Shown here: positions 38,010 through 46,688 of the stretch, one piece after another
Layout of the letters: each line of letters starts with the position of its first letter
How positions within the stretch are numbered: position 1 is the stretch's first letter
Source: Hyphomicrobiales bacterium
Lineage (GTDB): Bacteria > Pseudomonadota > Alphaproteobacteria > Rhizobiales > JACESI01
DNA length: 64,000 bases
Direction: 5' to 3'
Assembly: GCA_013911885.1 (NCBI GenBank)
Contig: JACESI010000001.1
Location: forward strand, 242,966 to 306,965
Notes under the pieces: model-generated
The model's input: only the letters and a program-made list of their open reading frames with translations
Database searches by the model: none
Told to the model about the DNA's origin: nothing
Program-made: the position numbers and the translations under genes

Positions 38010-39287
38010 ATGACGCAAAGAAAACCTGGTTTCGCAACCAAAGCCATCCATGCAGGCGCCGCTCCGGACCCGGCGACCGGCGCGCGCATCACGCCGATTT
38101 ATCAGACCACGGCCTTTGTCTTTGATGATGTCGATCAGGCGGCGGCCCTTTTCGGGCTCCAGGCCTTTGGCAATATCTATACCCGCATCACCAATCCGAC
38201 GACGGCTGTGCTCGAGGAACGGGTGGCGACGCTCGAGGGGGGGACAGCCGGGCTCGCCGTTGCCTCCGGCCATGCGGCGCAACTTGGCGTCTTTCACACT
38301 CTGATGCAGCCGGGCGATGAATTCATTGCCGCAAACAAGCTCTATGGCGGTTCGATCAACCAGTTCAACCATGCTTTCAGGAATTTCGGCTGGCAGGTGA
38401 AATGGGCGGATGCCGACAATCCGGCGAGTTTTGAGGCGGCACTGAGTGCAAGGACCAAAGCAATCTTCATCGAGAGCCTTGCCAATCCGGGCGGGATCGT
38501 CACCGACATCGCTGCGATTGCCGCAATTGCCAGAAAGGCGGGCGTTCCGCTCATCGTCGACAACACGATGGCAACGCCTTATCTCTGTCGTCCCTTTGAG
38601 CATGGCGCGGATATTGTCGTGCATTCGCTCACCAAATTCCTCGGCGGGCATGGCAATTCCATGGGTGGGATGATTGTCGATGGCGGTAGTTTCGACTGGA
38701 CGGCGTCGGGACGCTATCCGATGCTGAGCGAGCCGCGCCCGGAATATGACGGTCTTGTCCTGCATGAAACCTTTGGCAATTTCGCTTTCGCGATTGCCTG
38801 CCGTGTTCTGGGCTTGCGCGATCTTGGCGCGGCGATTTCACCGTTCAATGCCTTTCAGATCCTGACGGGGATTGAAACGCTTCCCCTGCGCATGCAGCGC
38901 CACTGCGACAACGCCGCCGCCGTCGCGCTTTTTCTTAAAGACCATCCCAAGGTCGAATGGGTGCGCTATGCCGGTCTTGCGGACAGCCCTTACCACGCCC
39001 TCGCCCGGCGCTATATGCCGAAAGGCGCGGGAGCGGTGTTCACGTTCGGCCTCAAGGGCGGCTATGAGGCAGGGGTCAAACTGGTATCGAATGTTGAAAT
39101 GTTTTCCCATCTTGCGAATATCGGCGACACGCGCAGCCTGATCATCCATCCGGCGTCGACGACCCACAAGCAGTTGACCGAAGCACAGAGGAATAGTGCC
39201 GGCGCAAGTGGTGATGTCATCCGCCTGTCGGTCGGTCTTGAAGATATCGAGGATATTATCGCCGATCTCGACCAGGCCATCACCTAA
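38010..39287 (+). CDS. metY: O-acetylhomoserine sulfhydrylase / aminocarboxypropyltransferase (PLP-dependent)
   Basis: 425 aa with [19 protein letters not shown] and the PLP-lysine block [11 protein letters not shown], plus the C-terminal [14 protein letters not shown]. Confidence 0.9.
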   Translation: MTQRKPGFATKAIHAGAAPDPATGARITPIYQTTAFVFDDVDQAAALFGLQAFGNIYTRITNPTTAVLEERVATLEGGTAGLAVASGHAAQLGVFHTLMQPGDEFIAANKLYGGSINQFNHAFRNFGWQVKWADADNPASFEAALSARTKAIFIESLANPGGIVTDIAAIAAIARKAGVPLIVDNTMATPYLCRPFEHGADIVVHSLTKFLGGHGNSMGGMIVDGGSFDWTASGRYPMLSEPRPEYDGLVLHETFGNFAFAIACRVLGLRDLGAAISPFNAFQILTGIETLPLRMQRHCDNAAAVALFLKDHPKVEWVRYAGLADSPYHALARRYMPKGAGAVFTFGLKGGYEAGVKLVSNVEMFSHLANIGDTRSLIIHPASTTHKQLTEAQRNSAGASGDVIRLSVGLEDIEDIIADLDQAIT

Positions 39288-39310
39288 TCCGCAGAAACAG
39301 GAGAAAACCG

Positions 39311-40000
39311 ATGAAGATTACCTGGTTCGGTCATTCCGCTTTCAGGGTGGAATTCGCTAGTACCGTTTTGATGATTGACCCGTTCCTGTCCGGTAATCCG
39401 GCCTATAACGGCACCGTCCGCGCGGCATCTCAGGGCGCGACCCATGTTGCGCTCACCCATGGCCACGATGATCACATCGGCGATACGGTGGAAATCTGTC
39501 GCGAGACCGGGGCAACGCTCATCGCGGTTTACGAACTTGCCATGCATCTCAAGGACAAGGGCGTCGCCGCCATTGAGCCGACCAATACCGGCGGCGCGAT
39601 CTATGCAGACGATTTCTCGATCACCTTTGTGCGTGCCGATCATTCCGCGTCCTCTGATGGTGTCTATCTCGGCAATCCCTGCGGACTGATCGTTCGCGCC
39701 AAGGCCGAGAACAAGACGCTCTATCACATGGGCGACACGGATATCTTCAGCGACATGGCGCTTATCAACGAGTTGTATGAACCGGACATCGGGATTGTGC
39801 CGATCGGCGACCGCTTTACCATGAACCCCTGCTCGGCTGCCCTGGCCTGCAGGCGCTATTTCGATTTTGATACCATCCTGCCCTGTCATTATGCGACCTT
39901 CCCGCTCCTTACCGGTACGGCCGCTGACTTCGAAAAAGGTCTCGGCGATCATGCAAGCCGTCTCGCCGTGCTTGAGGTGGGCGGTTCGATTGAACGGTAG
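39311..40000 (+). CDS. UPF0173 metal-dependent hydrolase (metallo-beta-lactamase fold)
   Basis: 229 aa starting MKITWFGHSAFRVEF, with metal motif THGHDDHIGD. Confidence 0.85.
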   Translation: MKITWFGHSAFRVEFASTVLMIDPFLSGNPAYNGTVRAASQGATHVALTHGHDDHIGDTVEICRETGATLIAVYELAMHLKDKGVAAIEPTNTGGAIYADDFSITFVRADHSASSDGVYLGNPCGLIVRAKAENKTLYHMGDTDIFSDMALINELYEPDIGIVPIGDRFTMNPCSAALACRRYFDFDTILPCHYATFPLLTGTAADFEKGLGDHASRLAVLEVGGSIER

Positions 40001-40928
40001 TCCCGGCGCGGCGGGACCATTTTCCGGCATTACCTCTGACCGGAAAAAAGCGCTCATCGGCATGGCTGCGGCGCTGGCGGTGACACTGATCTGGTCGATA
40101 TGGCTTGTTGTCAGCCGCGCCGCCGCGCTGAGCCCGCTGACACCTTTTGACCTTGCCGCAATACGTTATGGCGTGTCAGGGATCGTGGCCCTGCCAATCG
40201 TGCTTGCCTATCAGCCATGGCGTGGCATGGCATTGTTGCGGATCATTACCATCACCCTTCTTCTGGGGCCGCTTTATGTATTGCTTGCCTTTGGAGGTTT
40301 TCATTTCGCGCCCGCCGCCCATGGCGGCATTTTCATGAACGGTGCCCTGCCGCTGATCACGCTTGCCATTGCCTGGCTGTGGTTGCGGCAGAAGCCGACA
40401 GGTCGGCAGATCACGGCCTCGCTGATCATCCTCACCGGCGTGGCAATGACCGTTGGCGACACGACTTTTGATTTTGCCGAAACATGGCGCGGCGATGCTC
40501 TCTTCGTTCTTGCAGCGGTGTCGTTCTGTTTTTACGTAACGCTCGCCCGGCTCTGGGAAGTGACGGTGCCGCAGGTACTGATGTGCAGCGCGGTGCTGAA
40601 CGGCATCATTTATGTGCCGATCTGGTATTTTCTGCTGCCAAGCGGGTTTGCCGAGGTTTCCCAATCCCAGTTCTGGCTGCAGTTCCTGTTTCAGGGATTT
40701 GCGCCCAATCTTTTTGGCCTTCTGATGGTGGCGATCGCCGCGCGCAACATCGGTCCCTCGAGCACAGCCGCCGTGATGTCGGGTGTCCCGGCGCTTGTGG
40801 CCTTCATGAGCATGATTTTTCTGGCAGAGCCGGTGGGGCCTGCAAGCTGGGCCGGGATCATCGTGTTGACAGCGGGTATACTCATCATGACCCGCAGGGG
40901 CCGTGTTCCTGTCGCGCCGATTGCCTGA
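39990..40928 (+). CDS. DMT-superfamily (EamA) transporter
   Basis: About 10 TM segments in two EamA halves. The start is uncertain. I preferred the TTG at 39990 because the first TM helix begins before the ATG at 40062. The long 39867 ORF overlaps the preceding gene. Confidence 0.75.
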   Translation: MNGSPGAAGPFSGITSDRKKALIGMAAALAVTLIWSIWLVVSRAAALSPLTPFDLAAIRYGVSGIVALPIVLAYQPWRGMALLRIITITLLLGPLYVLLAFGGFHFAPAAHGGIFMNGALPLITLAIAWLWLRQKPTGRQITASLIILTGVAMTVGDTTFDFAETWRGDALFVLAAVSFCFYVTLARLWEVTVPQVLMCSAVLNGIIYVPIWYFLLPSGFAEVSQSQFWLQFLFQGFAPNLFGLLMVAIAARNIGPSSTAAVMSGVPALVAFMSMIFLAEPVGPASWAGIIVLTAGILIMTRRGRVPVAPIA

Positions 40929-41002
40929 TTGGCTTTCTCGCGGATCTTACCCAACCAATCAACGTGTGAGCATTGACCCTTTAGCGCCCTGCGCTATTCC
41001 GA

Positions 41003-42232
41003 TCAGTTTGTTGTTGGCGCGAAAACGGCAGGTGCCGGGCTTACGGCGCGCGGGCCGGATGCCGTCACTTCATAGACAGCGAGCGCACGGGATACCCTGC
41101 CGCTGCTGTCAAGCCTGAAGCCGCCATCGACAAGACCCTTGAAGCCGCTGGTGCTTGTCAGCGTGTCCTCGCTGAACCGCGCAGCGCCGAAATTCTGCGT
41201 CAGAATGATCACCAGGCTTGCCGCATCATAGCCAAGGCCGGCAAGGCGGATCGGCGGCTTGCCGAAGGCTGCGTTATAGCGCTGGGCAAACTGGTTGTAG
41301 CCTTCCCGTTCCGGTGCCGGGTAGAGTGAACCGGTCAGGGCCGGATCGCGGAAAATGCGCGGATCATCCCACTGACCTGATCCGATAAAGCGCAGGGCTG
41401 CTGCGGGCGCTGCCTGCTTGACGGCGGAAACGAGTTGCGGGGCTACATCACCGGCATCGGGAATGAAGACTGTATCGATCTGCCCGCTTGCCGCAACGGC
41501 CCCGACCTCTGCCGCCCGAGCGGCTGGTTCGCCATTGCCATAATCATAGCGCAGGATGGAGGCAATCCGCCCGCCTGCCCGATTGACCGATTCGCGGAAT
41601 GATGCCTCCGTAAGGGTGCCGAAGGCATTGTTGGGCAGAAGTGCCGCGAAGCTGCGGCTGCCGGTCGACCCGGCATAGCGCACCACGCGGTCGATGCCTG
41701 GCTCCGGCGTGAAACCGAAGACATAGACCCCGCGCGTGCCGACGTCGGTCGAGTTCGAGAAGGTGATGACAGGAACACCGGCGGGACGCGCGATGGCGGC
41801 GACCTGCTGGACGTTTTTCGAGAAAACCGGGCCCAGGATGACCTCCGCGCCCTCAGCGAGCGCCTCGCGCGCCGCATTGGCCGCGCCGGTCTCGGTGCCG
41901 CCGGTATCCTTCACAACGATATTGACGGTGTTGGAATCAAATTCACGCAGGGCAAGGCTCGCGGAATTGATGAAATTTTCTGCCGCCAGTGCTCCGAAAC
42001 CGTCCGCCGACTGTGGCAGCAGCATGGCGACGCGCACAGGTCCGGTTCCGAGGATCCGACCGTTGGCAGGACGCAGAGACGCGCTCTGACCCGTCTCTGC
42101 CTGCAGCGTTGGTGTGGTGGCGGGCGCGGGATTAATATCGGCACCGAGACCGGTCCCCGTCGACGTGCAACCCTGAAGAAGTACCATTCCGAACAAAAGC
42201 GGACCTGTTAAATTGCAGAAGAGCCGTCCCAT
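41003..42232 (-). CDS. Periplasmic-binding-protein (type I, Leu/Ile/Val-BP-like) lipoprotein; penicillin-binding protein activator (LpoA-like)
   Basis: 409 aa with lipobox LLQGC after a hydrophobic leader and a Peripla_BP_6-like body. It is divergent from rsmI-yraN, mirroring the E. coli lpoA/rsmI arrangement. I trimmed the start to the ATG at 42232. Confidence 0.7.
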   Translation of the reverse strand: MGRLFCNLTGPLLFGMVLLQGCTSTGTGLGADINPAPATTPTLQAETGQSASLRPANGRILGTGPVRVAMLLPQSADGFGALAAENFINSASLALREFDSNTVNIVVKDTGGTETGAANAAREALAEGAEVILGPVFSKNVQQVAAIARPAGVPVITFSNSTDVGTRGVYVFGFTPEPGIDRVVRYAGSTGSRSFAALLPNNAFGTLTEASFRESVNRAGGRIASILRYDYGNGEPAARAAEVGAVAASGQIDTVFIPDAGDVAPQLVSAVKQAAPAAALRFIGSGQWDDPRIFRDPALTGSLYPAPEREGYNQFAQRYNAAFGKPPIRLAGLGYDAASLVIILTQNFGAARFSEDTLTSTSGFKGLVDGGFRLDSSGRVSRALAVYEVTASGPRAVSPAPAVFAPTTN

Positions 42233-42455
42233 TTTCCATCCCTGAAGCATCACTAATCCTTGATTTCTGTCCCCGCCCGAACAGTCAGCTGATCCCCATA
42301 GCCGCCAAAATCGCGGGCGGGCATATTGCGCCGCATTGATATTCGAACGTATTAACAAAAATTAACCAAGAACAACAGCGACCGTTTCAGCGCCAGCGAC
42401 TTACTCTCGGATATGGTTAAGACGTGTATTGCCTCGCAGCATCTGAAGGAACCCC

Positions 42456-43412
42456 ATGCCGAACCATCCTGACCCAGAAAAAGAAGGCGGCATTGATGCC
42501 GGACAGGATTGTAGCCCTGACACCGGTCTGGATTTTCCGCCCGAGGCGCATGCGCGCCAAAGGCCGCTCGAAACGGCGCTTTATGTCGTGGCGACGCCGA
42601 TCGGCAATCTCAGAGATATCAGTCTCAGGGCGCTTGATGTCCTGAAATCCGTCGATTGCATCGCCTGCGAGGACAAGCGCGTGACAACGCGGCTGCTCCA
42701 GCGCTACGCGATCGCAACCCGCATGCTCGCCTATCATGACCACAATGCGGACAAGCAGGGGCCAGCTATTTTGAGCCTTTTGCAGCAGGAAAAAAGCGTT
42801 GCCCTTGTCAGTGATGCGGGCACGCCGCTGATTTCGGATCCGGGCTTCCGGCTCATCAATGAAGTGGTGGCAGCCGGCTTCAAGGTGGTGCCGGTGCCCG
42901 GCCCATCGTCGCCGATCGCAGCCCTTTCGGTGGCCGGTCTGCCGACCGACACATTCCTTTTCGCGGGCTTCCTTCCACCCAAAAGTGCCGCCCGCAGAAC
43001 GCGCCTGAAAAACCTTGCCGCTGTGCCTGCGACGCTTGTCTTTCTTGAATCGCCGAAACGGCTCAAGGCGGCACTTGCCGATTGCGCTTCTGTTCTCGGT
43101 GAGGAGCGCGCTGCCGCCGTCGGGCGGGAGATCACCAAACTTTATGAAACCTTCAGCCGGGACTCGCTTGGCGAACTCGCCGCACGGTTCGGTGAAGCGG
43201 AGACCCCCAAGGGTGAAATCGTGCTGATGATCGGACCGCCCGGCGCGGTGGAGCCGGACGGAGCCGCAATCGACACGGCGCTTCGGTCGCTCATGGCCGA
43301 TCATCCGCTCAAGACCGCAGCCGCAATGGTTGCGGACGCGTTCAATCAGCCGAAACGCGATATCTATCAGCGGGCGCTCTTGCTGAAGCAGACACTGGAC
43401 GAACGCGGATGA
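42456..43412 (+). CDS. rsmI: 16S rRNA (cytidine1402-2'-O)-methyltransferase
   Basis: 318 aa with LYVVATPIGNLRDISLRALDVLKSVDCIACEDKR and SDAGTPLISDPG blocks. An RBS (GAAGGA) lies upstream. Confidence 0.93.
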   Translation: MPNHPDPEKEGGIDAGQDCSPDTGLDFPPEAHARQRPLETALYVVATPIGNLRDISLRALDVLKSVDCIACEDKRVTTRLLQRYAIATRMLAYHDHNADKQGPAILSLLQQEKSVALVSDAGTPLISDPGFRLINEVVAAGFKVVPVPGPSSPIAALSVAGLPTDTFLFAGFLPPKSAARRTRLKNLAAVPATLVFLESPKRLKAALADCASVLGEERAAAVGREITKLYETFSRDSLGELAARFGEAETPKGEIVLMIGPPGAVEPDGAAIDTALRSLMADHPLKTAAAMVADAFNQPKRDIYQRALLLKQTLDERG

Positions 43413-43804
43413 AGCCGCCCGACCCGATGCGGCGGAAGGCCTTTCTGAATGGCCTTGCCGCCGAAGCCGCAGCGGAAAGCCACCTCGCAGGTCTCGGTTT
43501 CGAGCCGCTTAACCGTCGCTACAAGACAAGATACGGTGAAATCGACCTCGTATTGTCCCGTCGCGAGCCTGGTCAGCCGGATATGGTGATCTTTGTCGAG
43601 GTCAAGGCGCGTGCCTCCTATGTCGAGGGCATCTCGAGCATTACGCCGCGCGCCCAGCGCCGGATTGCCGATAGCGCCCTCCAGTGGATTGCGGAAAATG
43701 CCGACCGGATGAGCGCGGATACCGATTATCGCTTCGATGTCGCGATTGTCACGCCGGATGGTCAGATCACGATTCTCGAAGCGGCTTTTGACGCCGCCTT
43801 CTGA
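43409..43804 (+). CDS. yraN: YraN family protein (UPF0102, endonuclease-like fold)
   Basis: 131 aa with GEIDLV and VEVKAR blocks. It overlaps the rsmI stop (ATGA). Confidence 0.85.
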   Translation: MKPPDPMRRKAFLNGLAAEAAAESHLAGLGFEPLNRRYKTRYGEIDLVLSRREPGQPDMVIFVEVKARASYVEGISSITPRAQRRIADSALQWIAENADRMSADTDYRFDVAIVTPDGQITILEAAFDAAF

Positions 43805-43879
43805 CCCAACAAAACGGTTGAAAGACTTTTCGTCCGCTTCCATAAGAAGCGGGTCGATTGCGCTTGCGGAGAGAATTTC

Positions 43880-44818
43880 ATGAAAATCGCTGTCCAGATG
43901 GACCATATTTCGACCGTGCAGATTGCCGGAGACACCACCTTCGCACTGATGCTTGAAGCGCAGGCGCGCGGCCATGAAATGTACCACTACACGACCGAGC
44001 GGCTCAGCCTGCGTGGCGGCAAGGTCCGCGCAGCTCTCGAGCCCGTGCGTGTCCGTGATCTTCGCGGCGAGCATTTCATGCTTGGTGATCCGGTGATGAC
44101 CGATCTTTCTGAAATGGATGTGGTGCTGATGCGCCAGGATCCGCCGTTTCACATGGGCTACATAACAGCGACCCATATTCTGGAGCGCATCCACCCGAAG
44201 ACCCTGGTGGTCAACGATCCAGCAGAAGTGCGCAATGCCCCGGAGAAGATTTTCGTGACCGAATTTCCGGATCTTATGCCGCCGACCCTGATCAGCCGAA
44301 ACAGCGACGACATCAAGGCTTTCCGGCGCGAATTCGGCGATATCATCATCAAGCCGCTCTATGGCAATGGCGGTGCCGGGGTTTTCCGGCTGACCTCGGA
44401 CGATCAGAACCTGTCCTCGCTTCTGGAAATGTTTTCAGGGCTTTATCCAGAACCTTTCGTCGTCCAGCAATATATGCCAGCGGTGCGCGCGGGCGACAAG
44501 CGCATCATCCTCATTGACGGCAAGCCGGTCGGCGCGATCAACCGCGTGCCCGCCGAAGGCGACGCCCGCTCCAACATGCATGCTGGCGGCAAGGCGGTCG
44601 CGACCGAGATTACGCCGCGCGAACGCGAAATCTGCGAGCGGATTGGCCCTGAATTGCAGCGCCGGGGCTTCATCCTCGTCGGCATTGATGTCATCGGTGA
44701 CTACATGACGGAAATCAACGTCACCTCGCCGACCGGTGTGCGCGAGGTCAAACGCTTCGGCGGTGCTGATATTGCCGCCCTGTTCTGGGATGTGGTCGAG
44801 GAAAAACGCGGCCTCTGA
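43880..44818 (+). CDS. gshB: Glutathione synthetase
   Basis: 312 aa with an ATP-grasp fold. Blocks are [31 protein letters not shown] and [12 protein letters not shown]. Confidence 0.96.
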   Translation: MKIAVQMDHISTVQIAGDTTFALMLEAQARGHEMYHYTTERLSLRGGKVRAALEPVRVRDLRGEHFMLGDPVMTDLSEMDVVLMRQDPPFHMGYITATHILERIHPKTLVVNDPAEVRNAPEKIFVTEFPDLMPPTLISRNSDDIKAFRREFGDIIIKPLYGNGGAGVFRLTSDDQNLSSLLEMFSGLYPEPFVVQQYMPAVRAGDKRIILIDGKPVGAINRVPAEGDARSNMHAGGKAVATEITPREREICERIGPELQRRGFILVGIDVIGDYMTEINVTSPTGVREVKRFGGADIAALFWDVVEEKRGL

Positions 44819-44849
44819 CCACTCGCATCGCCTTCGCCCTTGCAGTCAT

Positions 44850-44864
44850 GTTCTTTTTATGTTC
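44850..44864. promoter_or_regulatory. LexA (SOS) box GTTCTTTTTATGTTC upstream of comM
   Basis: It is an exact GTTC-N7-GTTC with an AT-rich spacer, 40 nt upstream of the comM ATG. It overlaps the spacer and -10 of a TTGCAG -35-like element (44839..44844). comM is a reported member of the alphaproteobacterial LexA regulon. Confidence 0.6.
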
Positions 44865-44903
44865 TCATTCGGCTCATGCGAAGAGCGTGAGTGGGGCAAG
44901 CGT

Positions 44904-46505
44904 ATGGTGGCACATGTAACAACGGTGGCTTTTCAAGGCATCAAGGCGGTGCCCGTCGACGTTCAGGTCCAGTTGATGTCAGGTCTGCCCGCCTTCACGA
45001 TTGTCGGTTTGCCGGACAAGGCGGTGGGCGAAAGTCGTGAGCGCGTGAAATCGGCTTTGGTCGCGACCGGCCTCGCGCTTCCGGCAAAGCGCGTCATCGT
45101 CAATCTCGCGCCTGCGGACCTGCCGAAGGAGGGCAGCCATTTCGATCTGCCGATTGCCCTTGCAATCATGGTCGCGATGGGTGTCCTGCCGGGGGATTTT
45201 CTCGACGACTACCTTGCCTTGGGCGAGCTTTCCCTTGATGGCATGCTCGAACCGGTCGCCGGCGTGCTTCCGGCAGCCATGGCCGCCAATGCGCGCGACA
45301 AGGGGCTTTTATGCCCGGAGGCGAGCGGTGCCGAGGCCGCATGGGCGAGCGCTGACATGGCGATTCTCGCGCCCAGAAGCCTTGTCCAGCTCCTCAATCA
45401 CATACGCGGTACGCAGATCATGTCGCGGCCTCGCCCGGCCATGGCACAGCGCGGACGCTCCGCAATCGATCTTGCTGATATCAAGGGTCAGGAAACGGCT
45501 AAAAGGGCGCTCGAAGTCGCCGCCGCCGGCGGGCACAATCTCCTCATGGTCGGCCCGCCGGGCGCGGGCAAGTCGATGCTTGCAAGCCGCCTCCAGACCA
45601 TCCTGCCACCGCTTTCGCCTTCTGAACTCCTCGAAGTCTCGATGATCGCCTCGATTGCCGGTGAGCTTGAGAATGGCAAATTGTCCGATGCCCGGCCTTT
45701 CCGGACGCCGCATCATTCCGCGTCAATGGCGGCGATGGTGGGTGGCGGAATGCGCGCCAAGCCGGGTGAGGCGGCGCTTGCCCATCACGGCGTGCTGTTT
45801 CTCGACGAATTGCCGGAATTCACCCCGCAGGTGCTCGATTCCCTGCGTCAGCCGCTTGAAACCGGTGAGACGGTGATCGCGCGTGCCAATCATCGTGTTT
45901 CCTATCCTGCCCGGTTCCAGCTCATTGCCGCGATGAATCCCTGCCGCTGCGGCATGGCGGGCGAGCCGGGCCATAGCTGCCGTCGCGGACCGCGCTGCGC
46001 GAGCGATTATCAGGGACGGCTGTCGGGACCGTTTCTCGACCGGATCGACATCCGGCTTGATGTTCCGGCCGTCTCGGCAATGGACCTGATTGATCCCGCC
46101 AAGGCTGAAAAAAGCGCCGCTGTCGCCGTCCGTGTCGCCAAGGCGCGCGCAATTCAGGCTGAGCGCTATGAAGCGCTCGCCCGCGCCGGTCTTCAGCAAA
46201 GGCCAGAAGCTGGGCCTGAGGGTGGACGCGAGACAGAGGAAGCGGGCTTCGGTGAACGGTTGTTCTGCAATGCGGCATTGTCGCCTGCCATGGTCGAGAG
46301 AGTTGTCGAACTTGATGCGCCAGCCCGCGCTCTTCTGCAGGATGCCGCAAACCGCCTCGCTCTCTCGGCGCGCGCCTACCACCGGATCTTGAAGGTCGCG
46401 CGCACGCTCGCCGATCTTGAAGGCGGCGGCTCCGTCTCCCGGCTGCATATCGGCGAGGCCATAGCCTATCGCACTCTTGGGCCTGCGAGCGCGCTCGCTG
46501 CCTGA
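44904..46505 (+). CDS. comM: YifB/ComM family Mg-chelatase-like AAA+ ATPase
   Basis: 533 aa with a Lon-protease-like N-terminal domain (AFTIVGLPDKAVGESRERV), Walker A VGPPGAGKSMLA, FLDELPEF and the C-terminal ChlI-associated domain. I trimmed the start to the ATG at 44904. Confidence 0.92.
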   Translation: MVAHVTTVAFQGIKAVPVDVQVQLMSGLPAFTIVGLPDKAVGESRERVKSALVATGLALPAKRVIVNLAPADLPKEGSHFDLPIALAIMVAMGVLPGDFLDDYLALGELSLDGMLEPVAGVLPAAMAANARDKGLLCPEASGAEAAWASADMAILAPRSLVQLLNHIRGTQIMSRPRPAMAQRGRSAIDLADIKGQETAKRALEVAAAGGHNLLMVGPPGAGKSMLASRLQTILPPLSPSELLEVSMIASIAGELENGKLSDARPFRTPHHSASMAAMVGGGMRAKPGEAALAHHGVLFLDELPEFTPQVLDSLRQPLETGETVIARANHRVSYPARFQLIAAMNPCRCGMAGEPGHSCRRGPRCASDYQGRLSGPFLDRIDIRLDVPAVSAMDLIDPAKAEKSAAVAVRVAKARAIQAERYEALARAGLQQRPEAGPEGGRETEEAGFGERLFCNAALSPAMVERVVELDAPARALLQDAANRLALSARAYHRILKVARTLADLEGGGSVSRLHIGEAIAYRTLGPASALAA

Positions 46506-46541
46506 GATTTGGGCGCCTGAGATTTGGGCGCCTGAAATTTT
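46501..46541. repeat. 15-bp tandem repeat CCTGAGATTTGGGCG x2 plus a partial third copy, spanning the comM stop codon
   Basis: The exact copies are at 46501..46515 and 46516..46530, and a degenerate copy is at 46531..46541. Each copy carries a TGA in the comM frame (46503, 46518, 46533). Confidence 0.85.
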
Positions 46542-46688
46542 GCAACCCGGGACGGGCATTGGAAATTCCGGCAGACCTGCAAAACGGCATCGGGGTCGTG
46601 CTTTCGTGATCGTGTAAGCGTTTAGCCTGCTCGTTCGAGAAAACGCCACGGCAACACTTTCGCAACCTTCATCCGCAACAATCATGCA

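Noticed and set aside
42352-42366. A CtrA-like motif, TTAA-CAAAAA-TTAAC, lies in the lpoA-like/rsmI divergent region. A second one, TTAA-N8-TTAAC, lies at 61806..61822 upstream of rlpA, beside a CTGCCATTAA direct repeat (61778 and 61812).
   Set aside because: The CtrA consensus requires a 7-nt spacer (TTAA-N7-TTAAC), whereas these have 6 and 8 nt. Without correct phasing I cannot support them as CtrA boxes. They are worth a PSSM check only.
44736-44903. The ORF track gives N-terminal extensions for many genes, for example comM from 44736, lhgO from 20379, DUF1850 from 19996, pheT up to 24318, mtnA up to 29722 and hyi up to 61701.
   Set aside because: The extensions overlap the preceding gene or run through intergenic DNA and lack conserved sequence. 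Internal starts coincide with the conserved protein N-termini, RBS-like sequences or ATGA/TAATG coupling overlaps.
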